DNA of 64,000 bases, from the NCBI GenBank assembly GCA_043786385.1, contig JAYVWC010000082.1, positions 8,208 through 72,207 on the forward strand, in the 5' to 3' direction. Position 1 is the first letter of the stretch; each line of letters opens with the position of its first letter. The position numbers were made by a program, and so were the translations under genes. The stretch is from Spongiibacteraceae bacterium (lineage in GTDB: Bacteria > Pseudomonadota > Gammaproteobacteria > Pseudomonadales > CAMLJR01). Under the pieces are notes generated by a model that saw nothing but the letters and a program-made list of their open reading frames with translations, searched no databases and had not been told where the DNA came from. Shown here in pieces: positions 55,406-64,000 of the stretch.

Positions 55406-56254
55406 ATGCAGGAATCGGAATTAATTTTACTAGCGTTCTCGCAATTGCTATACGCCGCCGCGGTGATGTTGGCGATGTGGGTGATCGATCGCGGCAAGCG
55501 CGAACTGGTGCCGTATCTCGCCGCGCTGATCATCGTCAGCCTGCTCGGCTTTACCGCAGCGGGTTATGTCGAGCTGCCGACAGCGATCGCAGCGATGATT
55601 TGCTACACGCTGATTGCGACGGTATATCTCGCATTGCCCGAATACTGGCGGCGCCAAGTGCGTTACGGCGCTATGGCGCTGGGGTTGTTGGCGGGTTTTC
55701 ACGAGGTGCCGGGCATCGGCAGCGTGCCGCTGTATTCGAAGTGGTGGCAGTACGGCAGCAAATTACTCGCGTTTAATTTTTCGATCGATAAAGCGTATGC
55801 GGGTTTGTTGTTGGCATTGATCGCGGCGCAATTTCATCCGCAAAAACAAAGCTGGCGCGCGCTGTGGATCTTGCCGGTCGGTCTCGGCGCGTTGTTATTG
55901 CTCGTGCGCCTGCTGGGCTTTCCGCTGCACCCGACCGTGCCGCAGTACGCAGCGGCGTTTGTGTTCGTCAATTTGATGGAAACTTGTTTCGCCGAGGAAT
56001 TATTTTTTCGCGGTGCGCTGCAACGCGAGTTAATGCTGTATCTGGCGCCGTGGCCGGCAATTATTATCACTGCGCTACTATTCGGTTTAGTGCATCTTTC
56101 GCGCGGTTGGGAGTTTGCCGGATTGGCCGTATTGAGTGGTGTATTGCACGGCACAATTTATCGGCGCACCGGTATGCTCTCGCTGAGCGTGCTCAGTCAC
56201 TTTCTGGTCAATGTCGCGTGGATTATGTTATTTCCAACGGTCGGCCATTTTTAA
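55406..56254 (+). CDS. CPBP-family intramembrane glutamic endopeptidase (CAAX protease-like)
   Basis: A multi-TM protein with motif 1 EELFFRGALQ and motif 2 FGLVH..., followed by HFLVN. Confidence 0.85.
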   Translation: MQESELILLAFSQLLYAAAVMLAMWVIDRGKRELVPYLAALIIVSLLGFTAAGYVELPTAIAAMICYTLIATVYLALPEYWRRQVRYGAMALGLLAGFHEVPGIGSVPLYSKWWQYGSKLLAFNFSIDKAYAGLLLALIAAQFHPQKQSWRALWILPVGLGALLLLVRLLGFPLHPTVPQYAAAFVFVNLMETCFAEELFFRGALQRELMLYLAPWPAIIITALLFGLVHLSRGWEFAGLAVLSGVLHGTIYRRTGMLSLSVLSHFLVNVAWIMLFPTVGHF

Positions 56255-56260
56255 ATTGAT

Positions 56261-58717
56261 TTATGTTCTACGCCGGTTCGATTCGTTTTCAAGACGACTT
56301 TGATAACGGCTACAAAATTCGAGCAAATTACTCGGATGTAGCGGACGGCTGAAAAAATAGCCTTGGCCATAGTCACAACCGGCTTCGCGCAAAAATTTAC
56401 ATTGCGCTTCGGTTTCGATGCCTTCGGCGACCACTTTGTAACGCAGTTTATGCGCCATCGCGATCACCGCAGCGGTGATCTCCATATCGTCGGTGTCGTC
56501 GGGAATATCCATCACGAACGAGCGATCGACTTTAATGATGTTGACCGGCAGTCGTTTTAAATAACTCAACGACGAATAACCGGTGCCGAAATCATCGATC
56601 GACAAGCCGATGCCGAGCGCTTTGATATTCTGCATCGTCGCGAGCGTGGTCTCCAGATTTTCCATGATCATCGTTTCGGTCAGTTCGAGTTCGAGCTGTG
56701 CCGGGCGCAGGCCGAATTCGATTAGCGTTTCGCCGATATGGCGTACCAGCTGCGTATCCTCGAACTGCTTTAGCGACAAATTGACGGCCATCACCGCGCG
56801 ATTGCTGACCAGCTTGGCATCGCATAACGCGCGCATCTGCTGGCACGCGGCGCGCAAAATCCAACGGCCCAACGGAATAATTAATCCGGTTTCTTCGGCG
56901 ACTGGAATAAATTCGAGCGGACTGACGATACCGCGCTCAGCGTGTTGCCAGCGCACTAAGGCTTCGAAACCGATCAATTGGCCGGTGTTCAAATCGATCT
57001 GCGGTTGATAGTGCAACAGAAATGCCTGCTGCTCGATCGCCTGTCGCAACTGTTGCACTAAGTGCAGATGCGCGATCAACACCGTGTTCATTTCTGCGGT
57101 GAAAAACGTGAAATTATTGCGTCCTTGATCTTTCGCGCGATACAGCGCCATATCAGCATTTTTGATCAGCACTTCGGCCTCGGTGGTGTCCTCTGGCGAC
57201 ACCGAGATGCCCATGCTGACGCTGACATTCACTTCCTCGCTATCGAGCAATGTCGGCTTGCTGAGGCCGAGTAGAATTTTTTCGGCGATTGTCGATACCG
57301 TCAACATATCGGGAATGTTAGGCAGAATCACCGCAAATTCATCGCCGCCGAGTCGCGCTACGGTGTCGGTAAAACGCACGCATTGTTTCAAGCGCTCCGC
57401 GATCACGATCAGTAAGGTATCACCCGAATCGTGGCCCATCGAATCGTTGACGTTTTTAAAATGATCGACGTCGATCAAAATTAGCGCGACGCTATGATGG
57501 GTGCGTTGCGTGTTGCTGAGCATGTGTTCCAAACGATTGCGAAATAAACGGCGGTTGGCGAGCCCGGTTAGGATGTCGTAAAACGCCATCTGTTCGAGTT
57601 GATCGTGCGCTTGTTTCAGTTCGGAGATATCCGATACCGTGCCGAGAAAACCGATTTGTTGGTGATTGGCATCGCGCAGCGGTGCAATGTCGCCGGCGAT
57701 CCATTTGATCGAGCCATTGGCGCGCAATAGGCTGCAATCGATCGCAATTTGCGGACTGGCTTTTTGGATCAACGCATTGAATTGTTCGCTGACATGGCGC
57801 TTATCGTCGGGATGAACGACCTTCAGCCAACCGTGATTGAGCAATTGCTCGATGCTGAGGCCGGTGATGTTGGCCAGTTCTGCGTTGGCGTAAGTGCATT
57901 GACCGCGACTATCGAGTTGAAAAATACCAACCTTCGACGACTCGCTGATCAACCGAAATTTTTCTTCGCTCTCGCGCAGCCGCAGATCTTCGTGCTCGAT
58001 CAACGCCAGCATGCGATTGAATGAATCGACCACCTGACCGACTTCATCGTCGCTGAATTTATCGGCGCGAATCGAGTAATTATCGTACTCCGTCACCAGC
58101 GTGGCAGCTTTGCCCAGCATCAGTAGTGGGTGCAATAGATGTCGCGATAACAGCATGCCAATCAGCCCCGCGACGCCGACTGCAAATAACACCACTGGGA
58201 TCATCGCCAATAGCTTGTGTTGCAGCAGCGTATTAAAAGTCGCGAGCGATACGCGCAAATACAGCATGCCAACGGCGCTGTTATCGACCAAGATCGGCTG
58301 CCATACCTCCAGGTAACGATTGGTGAATTGTATGTGTTGCGCGGCGGTGACGATTGCGGTGGTGGGGCAGCTTTGCTCGGTATCGGACTGAAAGTGCGCA
58401 AATAAGATCGGTGCCGAAAGTGGTTCGGTGCTTTCATTGGTGCCGCTGCGATAGACGCAACCGAGCAGGGCACTTTTGCGATATTGCAGCGTGTTCAAAT
58501 TATTTTGCGCCAGTGCGCTATCGCCAAACACGATCGCCGCACCGCTGCGATCGGCGATGATTTTTGACATCGCGCCTAATTCTTCGCTCAACACAGCGCG
58601 CAGACTGTACTGATCGTACGCAGCGATGGCGGTTATCGCCGCCAATAAGCCGATAAGACTGGTCGCCAGCGAGAGTAATACGAGCTTGCTGCTGATCGAT
58701 AAATTAAGCCGCTTCAA
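56261..58717 (-). CDS. Membrane sensor with HAMP-PAS-GGDEF-EAL domains (c-di-GMP cyclase/phosphodiesterase)
   Basis: Two TM helices flank a ~150-aa periplasmic region. A PAS domain follows (GIFQLDSRGQCTYAN). GGDEF motif RLGGDEFAVIL. EAL motifs EALVRW, DDFGTGYSSL and EGIETE. Confidence 0.9.
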   Translation of the reverse strand: MKRLNLSISSKLVLLSLATSLIGLLAAITAIAAYDQYSLRAVLSEELGAMSKIIADRSGAAIVFGDSALAQNNLNTLQYRKSALLGCVYRSGTNESTEPLSAPILFAHFQSDTEQSCPTTAIVTAAQHIQFTNRYLEVWQPILVDNSAVGMLYLRVSLATFNTLLQHKLLAMIPVVLFAVGVAGLIGMLLSRHLLHPLLMLGKAATLVTEYDNYSIRADKFSDDEVGQVVDSFNRMLALIEHEDLRLRESEEKFRLISESSKVGIFQLDSRGQCTYANAELANITGLSIEQLLNHGWLKVVHPDDKRHVSEQFNALIQKASPQIAIDCSLLRANGSIKWIAGDIAPLRDANHQQIGFLGTVSDISELKQAHDQLEQMAFYDILTGLANRRLFRNRLEHMLSNTQRTHHSVALILIDVDHFKNVNDSMGHDSGDTLLIVIAERLKQCVRFTDTVARLGGDEFAVILPNIPDMLTVSTIAEKILLGLSKPTLLDSEEVNVSVSMGISVSPEDTTEAEVLIKNADMALYRAKDQGRNNFTFFTAEMNTVLIAHLHLVQQLRQAIEQQAFLLHYQPQIDLNTGQLIGFEALVRWQHAERGIVSPLEFIPVAEETGLIIPLGRWILRAACQQMRALCDAKLVSNRAVMAVNLSLKQFEDTQLVRHIGETLIEFGLRPAQLELELTETMIMENLETTLATMQNIKALGIGLSIDDFGTGYSSLSYLKRLPVNIIKVDRSFVMDIPDDTDDMEITAAVIAMAHKLRYKVVAEGIETEAQCKFLREAGCDYGQGYFFSRPLHPSNLLEFCSRYQSRLENESNRRRT

Positions 58718-59017
58718 AGACGCTCTCCGATAGCTTCATTGATCATTGTAGTTTATGCGCTATTTCGAGCAGATTGGCACTGATATTAAAGCCTATTCGA
58801 TAAATTTGCTGAGGTTGTAAAGGTAGGCGGCCTTGATTCGATACTCGCGATCGGGTTCGGCGGCGAATGCCGATGTCGGCAATAGCATGCTTGCAATCAA
58901 CACCACCAACATCACTGGGGTGTTATCGATGACGAGTTGCAACGCTGCACAACCGATCTACCCGTTTTGTTATGGGGGCATCGATCGCTATAATCCGAAC
59001 CATGAGCATGAGTCCTT

Positions 59018-59055
59018 GTTGCAAATAATAACTGTTGCAAATAATAACTGTCGCA
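59018..59055. repeat. 16-bp tandem repeat (GTTGCAAATAATAACT x2 plus a partial third copy)
   Basis: Read directly from the sequence, in the 570-bp divergent intergenic region. Confidence 0.9.
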
Positions 59056-59291
59056 GATAGCTGATGTAGACAACCGTTAAAGATAGCGGTTAAAAGATAC
59101 CCTTGTTGCATGCGATCTATTATGGTCCGATCGCAATGGACTTTGCCAGTATCGGCAAGTGTCGGTGCGGCTTCGCCGCGCGCTGGGCTCTTGCTGGCGT
59201 TGAGTAAAAGCGACACACTTGCGGATGCGATGGGAATGTCGGTCTGCGCTAAGAGTGTCGATCCGCGAACGGTGGTAGGGAGAACGATAAT

Positions 59292-60335
59292 ATGTTGCGC
59301 AACCAGCAAATGCAGGAGCACTGGCTGGACAAAGTGTGGATGGTTTTGTTCGGCGATAGCGGCGTGCTGGTAACGCCCGGACAAATCCGCCGCGAAGGTC
59401 TGGATCGTGTGCGCGTGCGCGCTGCCGAAGTGGCCGCGATTGCCACCGCCGAGCGCGAGCTGGCCGAGTTGCGCAGCGGCCGCAAAGTGATGGGGCATAG
59501 TGGTCATTTGGTTGATGCGGTCGCTGTCGGCGACGTACCGATGTACAGTTTTATCGAGCGCGCGCCCACCGATCAAGATGCCATTTTTGCGCGCTTTGCA
59601 AATCCCGAACATCTGCTCGATTCAGTGGTCAGCGAAGCCTCGCATCGCGATCTCGGACGCTCGCTGCATATTCGTCGCATCGCATTGCTTGCGGAAGAGG
59701 AGGTGCTCGCCGGTTTCGCGCTCGGTGGGTTGGCAACCGCCGAACTCAGCACGCATTGGCTGCAGCGCTGGCGCCAACTGGCGCAGGATGTATCGAGCCT
59801 CGAGCTGCAACGCTTATGGGCGCGCTTACTGGTGCGCGAAGTCGCGATGCCGGGCCGCTATAGTCTGGCGACTTTAGATACGCTCGGCACCATCGGCGAA
59901 CACGAAATTCACGGCATTATTTTGCTATCGCGTTACGTATTCGGCGAATTTATTTTCGATGCGCGTGGCCGCTACTTTCAACCCGATTTGCATGGTGTTT
60001 GGTTAAGCAATGCAGCATTGATGGGCCTACTACATCCGATCGATGCACAACGCAATTTAACGCTGCGCGCGCAAGACGATGATCAACAACCGCTACTATT
60101 GATCAACCACAATCGCGCCATGCAATTATCCGAACTCGGCAGCGAAGGCGTGCAACTGCCGGTACTACGACTCACCGCGATCGGCAAACAATTATTTCAA
60201 ATCTGCGGCGGCGATGCCGATATGGCGTATCTATTCGATCTCGCCGCGTATCTCGCTGAACGCAATGTCAAAGTTGCACTCGGCGAATGGCAACCGCTGC
60301 GCAGACACTTCGAGAAAAAATTCGATTATTCGTAA
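59292..60335 (+). CDS. DUF2806-like hypothetical protein
   Basis: The segment WLQRWRQLAQDVSSLELQRLWARLLVREVAMPGRYSLATLDTLGTIGEHE matches my memory of DUF2806. Length is 347 aa. Confidence 0.5.
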   Translation: MLRNQQMQEHWLDKVWMVLFGDSGVLVTPGQIRREGLDRVRVRAAEVAAIATAERELAELRSGRKVMGHSGHLVDAVAVGDVPMYSFIERAPTDQDAIFARFANPEHLLDSVVSEASHRDLGRSLHIRRIALLAEEEVLAGFALGGLATAELSTHWLQRWRQLAQDVSSLELQRLWARLLVREVAMPGRYSLATLDTLGTIGEHEIHGIILLSRYVFGEFIFDARGRYFQPDLHGVWLSNAALMGLLHPIDAQRNLTLRAQDDDQQPLLLINHNRAMQLSELGSEGVQLPVLRLTAIGKQLFQICGGDADMAYLFDLAAYLAERNVKVALGEWQPLRRHFEKKFDYS

Positions 60336-60484
60336 TTGATCATCTCTCTACCATCTAGACCCGGCGGGCCTAAAGGGAGAGGGGAGGGGCGGTGTAATGC
60401 CCAATCGATTAAAGCAAACTTTATTTTACAGCAAGATACAAGGTCTTGAGATGTGCGCTAACAGCGCCGGTGATCGATCGCTGA

Positions 60485-61207
60485 TCAGCGCGCCGATTTC
60501 TTTTCAATCCGCAAATACAATTGCTGCCCAGGTTTCCGCCCTGTGTTGATCGTGCCGGGCGGTGGCGCACTCGGTTGCGGTAGCAATGGAATCCACGCGC
60601 CGATTTCGCCGACCAGCGTGTTGCCGAATACGCGCCGATCTTGATTTTCCTGTTTGCTGTAACTCACCAAAATTTGCGCGCTGCGATTATTTAACAGTTG
60701 AATTTGCAGCAGCAATGAGCTGATTTTTTGCGGTACATTATCGATGGCAATAAGCCAACCATTGGCGACCGGCTGCTGCGCAATTTTTTGATAATCGATC
60801 GTCACGAATGCACTTTCAACGGTATCGACCGTATAGCCATCGTCGCCGCTCGAATAAACGATGGTGCCGTTTTGTTCGCTGCTTGGTGGCAGCCGTTCGC
60901 GCAATGTCAAATGTAATGGAGTAGGGGCGCGATCGATTTTAGTGAGCAGCGTACTGATTTCATCAAGCTGCGTTGGCGTACCCACGACTACCAGTTTTCC
61001 TTGAAACAGATCGGCGCGTACCTTGTCGCCGAACGTGCTGCGCAAAAGTTGTAGTACGCTCTCAGTGTTTGGATTGGTTAGCTCGAATACGCGCGTCTCG
61101 GCCAGCGCTGCGATAGCGGTGGCACACAGCCCGATGACGAGCACTGTACGCAGCGCTATTTTCATGCATGACTTGGTTGCGAGCAGCGTTTTCATAAGCA
61201 GCAACAT
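60485..61207 (-). CDS. Secreted protein with an N-terminal secretin-N/NolW-like module (tentative)
   Basis: Signal peptide MKIALRTVLVIGLCATAIAALA, then RVFELTNPNTESVLQLLRSTFGDKVRADLFQGKLVVVGTPTQLDEISTLLTKID. The ORF-track extension to 61447 overlaps the GNAT gene and was trimmed. The start may also be at 61165. Confidence 0.5.
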   Translation of the reverse strand: MLLLMKTLLATKSCMKIALRTVLVIGLCATAIAALAETRVFELTNPNTESVLQLLRSTFGDKVRADLFQGKLVVVGTPTQLDEISTLLTKIDRAPTPLHLTLRERLPPSSEQNGTIVYSSGDDGYTVDTVESAFVTIDYQKIAQQPVANGWLIAIDNVPQKISSLLLQIQLLNNRSAQILVSYSKQENQDRRVFGNTLVGEIGAWIPLLPQPSAPPPGTINTGRKPGQQLYLRIEKKSAR

Positions 61208-61251
61208 CCTATTTCGGCGCAAAATTACCCGTACTTTAAAATTACCAGTCT

Positions 61252-62160
61252 TCATAAGTGCAAAAGGCGCAGCTCGGGATCGTCGATACTGCGTTGCCAT
61301 AACTCGTCGAACTGCGCGCTGTAGTCTTCGGCGGCCGGTCGATTGTTGTAATCGCTCCAGGCCTTTTCCGGCGCTTGTAACGAGTAACACAATACACCGC
61401 GTTGATCGGCGACGAGAAAATTTTCTTTGATATCGATGGCGTCGCAATCGGCACGTCGCAATTGAATCGTGCTGCTGAGACGACGCTGCAGTTCGAGCAG
61501 GCGGTGTCCGCGTTGTACGATCGGGCGCACGTCGACGACTAAAATACGGATTTCACTATAGCGGCTGTGGCGCGCCAGTTGCGTTAACGCGTCGGCAAAT
61601 TCGCTCGAATCAAATAATTCGTGGTCGAGGTCATTCGAGAGTAAACGCAATTGACGTCGGCATTGTTGCGCTAGATCGAGCGCGGTGGCGCGTCGCTCGG
61701 CGCCAAAGCGACCGCTGTCGCTGCCCAGCAAACGCTGTTCGCGCAACACTAAACGCATCGTGCGATGCGGAATGCCGGCATCGCTAAACTCCGGGCCTTC
61801 GGCGTTAAAACCGTGACGTTGATAAAATTCCAACGCGTGTGTTTGCGCGTGTAAATACACTTCGCGCAATTGGTTTTTTTGTGCCTGTGCGAGTGCGGCT
61901 TGCAGCAGTGCCGCGCCGACTCCGCGTCGTCGTCCGCGCTGCAACACGGCCATGCGGCCGAGATGGCCGTTGCGCAATAGTCGCACGGTACCGATCGGTT
62001 GCCCTTCAACGAGCGCCAGCCAATGTTCGGCCGTGTCATCTTCGCCATCCCATTCGAGCGACTCGGGTACGGACTGCTCCTCGATAAATACGAGACGGCG
62101 AATTTCCGCTAGGATTTTTTCATCGCGCGACCACTGCGCAGATCGTATTTCAATCGTCAT
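61252..62160 (-). CDS. GNAT-family N-acetyltransferase with a C-terminal extension
   Basis: It has the acetyl-CoA-binding pattern LGRMAVLQRGRRRGVGAALLQAAL and a ~150-aa unassigned C-terminal domain. Confidence 0.75.
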   Translation of the reverse strand: MTIEIRSAQWSRDEKILAEIRRLVFIEEQSVPESLEWDGEDDTAEHWLALVEGQPIGTVRLLRNGHLGRMAVLQRGRRRGVGAALLQAALAQAQKNQLREVYLHAQTHALEFYQRHGFNAEGPEFSDAGIPHRTMRLVLREQRLLGSDSGRFGAERRATALDLAQQCRRQLRLLSNDLDHELFDSSEFADALTQLARHSRYSEIRILVVDVRPIVQRGHRLLELQRRLSSTIQLRRADCDAIDIKENFLVADQRGVLCYSLQAPEKAWSDYNNRPAAEDYSAQFDELWQRSIDDPELRLLHL

Positions 62161-63349
62161 CCTCGAACACCAAGCTGCCTTGATTGTAGAGCGCCAGCAA
62201 CAAGTTTAGCGCTGGTTCCGATTTCAACATGTCGGCATTAATTTGTAGGCCAGTGTACGCATTGCCGGCACAAATTTGTTCGGCCAACGCGGCCGTGTGT
62301 GTAGCGCATGGAAAGACTTCGCCATCGGCAAATAATAATAAATCCGCGCTGCGGCGAATAAATGCAAAGCGGCTCGCCGGATGTTGCAGCAACGGCGTGC
62401 CAGCGCGCAATGATTTTTGTAATTGCGCTGCGGTCAGCAGTGTTTCGGGTTGTTGTTCGAGTTCGGGATATTTGCGCGCGGTGCTGAATTTGCCGAACCA
62501 GTGTTGGAACGCAGCGCTATCGTGCAGATTTTCGGTGGCGAGTCGCTGTAATTCTACCAACGCTTGCGCGCTGATTTCGCCGGGATTATCGGCGATGGTC
62601 AAATTTGCATCGCTGTAGCGGTCGTCATCGTTGAGTTGCGCAATAACGTGATCGCTCCAATGCCCAAGCAACTCGCTGTGGCTCGGTGCGCGCAGGCCGA
62701 TCGAGTAGGTCATGCAGTCGGTGCCGATCGCGATACCGTTGTGCGCATAGCGTGGCGGTAGATACAGAATGTCGCCCGGCTCCAATACCCATTCGTGCTG
62801 CGGTTCAAAGTGTGCGAGCAAACGCAGTTCATCGTGCGGCAATAATTCGGTGTGCTGATCGCAGCGCGCACCGACTTGCCAGCGACGCTGACCGAGGCCT
62901 TGAATTAAAAAAACATCGTATTGATCGAAGTGCGGCCCGACGCCGCCGCGATCAGCCGCATAGCTGACCATCACATCGTCGATGCGCCAGTTCGGAATAA
63001 AACGAAACGGTTCGAGTAGCTCGGCGACTTCGGGCACGTAGTGATCGACCGCCTGTACCAATAAAGTCCAATCCTGTTCCGATAATTTACTGAAGCGTGC
63101 CTCCGGAATCGGTCCGTGTTCCAAATTCCATTGCTGAGGTTTTTGCGCGGTAAATTTTTGCAGCACGATACGCGATTCGATTTCATCTTCGCACGCGAGC
63201 CCGGCCAACTCATTGGCATCGAGCGGGTTGTGCCAGTCGCGCCACGGATTTTTAATCAGCAGCGGTTTTTGCTGCCAGTAATCGCGTAGAAATTGTGCTC
63301 GATCGAATTTATCCGGATTGAAGTCGAATGTTGGCAGCTCGGTTGGCAT
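62150..63349 (-). CDS. roxA: Ribosomal protein uL16 arginine hydroxylase (JmjC/cupin), RoxA/YcfD orthologue
   Basis: It is collinear with E. coli YcfD as recalled: WTLLVQAVDHY...IPNWRIDDVMVSYA..GGVGPHFDQYDVFLIQG.G.RRWQVG...EPGDILYLPP...H. Confidence 0.85.
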   Translation of the reverse strand: MPTELPTFDFNPDKFDRAQFLRDYWQQKPLLIKNPWRDWHNPLDANELAGLACEDEIESRIVLQKFTAQKPQQWNLEHGPIPEARFSKLSEQDWTLLVQAVDHYVPEVAELLEPFRFIPNWRIDDVMVSYAADRGGVGPHFDQYDVFLIQGLGQRRWQVGARCDQHTELLPHDELRLLAHFEPQHEWVLEPGDILYLPPRYAHNGIAIGTDCMTYSIGLRAPSHSELLGHWSDHVIAQLNDDDRYSDANLTIADNPGEISAQALVELQRLATENLHDSAAFQHWFGKFSTARKYPELEQQPETLLTAAQLQKSLRAGTPLLQHPASRFAFIRRSADLLLFADGEVFPCATHTAALAEQICAGNAYTGLQINADMLKSEPALNLLLALYNQGSLVFEDDD

Positions 63350-63353
63350 CGTG

Positions 63354-64000
<647 letters not shown>

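Noticed and set aside
58923-59612. 229-aa minus-strand ORF spanning the intergenic region and the 5' end of the DUF2806-like gene
   Set aside because: It overlaps a better-supported plus-strand gene by 320 nt, has no Shine-Dalgarno and has a heterogeneous composition.

Overview
This is a 64-kb chromosomal segment, most likely from a gammaproteobacterium. It carries clear orthologues of E. coli ybfF, ybiB, tusDCB/tusE, yccA plus tRNA-Ser(UGA), nfuA, roxA/ycfD, metH, galE, bioA and purB. The organism also uses PEP-CTERM/exosortase protein sorting. The left ~30 kb is accessory and dominated by surface and secretion functions. It holds two MacB-type ABC permeases, three PEP-CTERM proteins, a 1.1-kb AT-rich non-coding region with a candidate c-di-GMP-I riboswitch, a translationally coupled gapdh-arsJ arsenate-detoxification pair, and a secreted PstS-family protein. 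It also holds a ~17.5-kb same-strand block (12020-29414). In that block a two-partner-secretion pair (TpsB plus a 3433-aa TpsA) is followed directly by a DUF2341/LamG-ExbB fusion, ExbD, a proline-rich TonB-like protein, a porin-like outer-membrane protein and a coiled-coil periplasmic protein. Pho-box-like 11-bp-phased direct repeats sit in front of the block and inside it. I consider this TPS-plus-private-Ton-motor block the most interesting system in the window. As far as I recall, a similar neighbourhood exists around pdtA/pdtB-exbB2-exbD2 in P. aeruginosa, but the coupling has no described mechanism. The right ~34 kb is mostly housekeeping with small accessory scars. These include a tRNA-Ser-linked hicAB pair next to a decayed MFS gene, an AT-rich and possibly frameshifted DUF1311-type gene, and a DUF4105/DUF3015-like pair. 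There is also a multi-hairpin intergenic element, several short intergenic tandem repeats (19 bp x6, 17 bp x3, 16 bp x2, 15 bp x2) and a 14-bp perfect inverted repeat between metH and nfuA. I saw no rRNA, CRISPR array, transposase or integrase. All family assignments come from reading motifs by eye and need HMM or BLAST confirmation.
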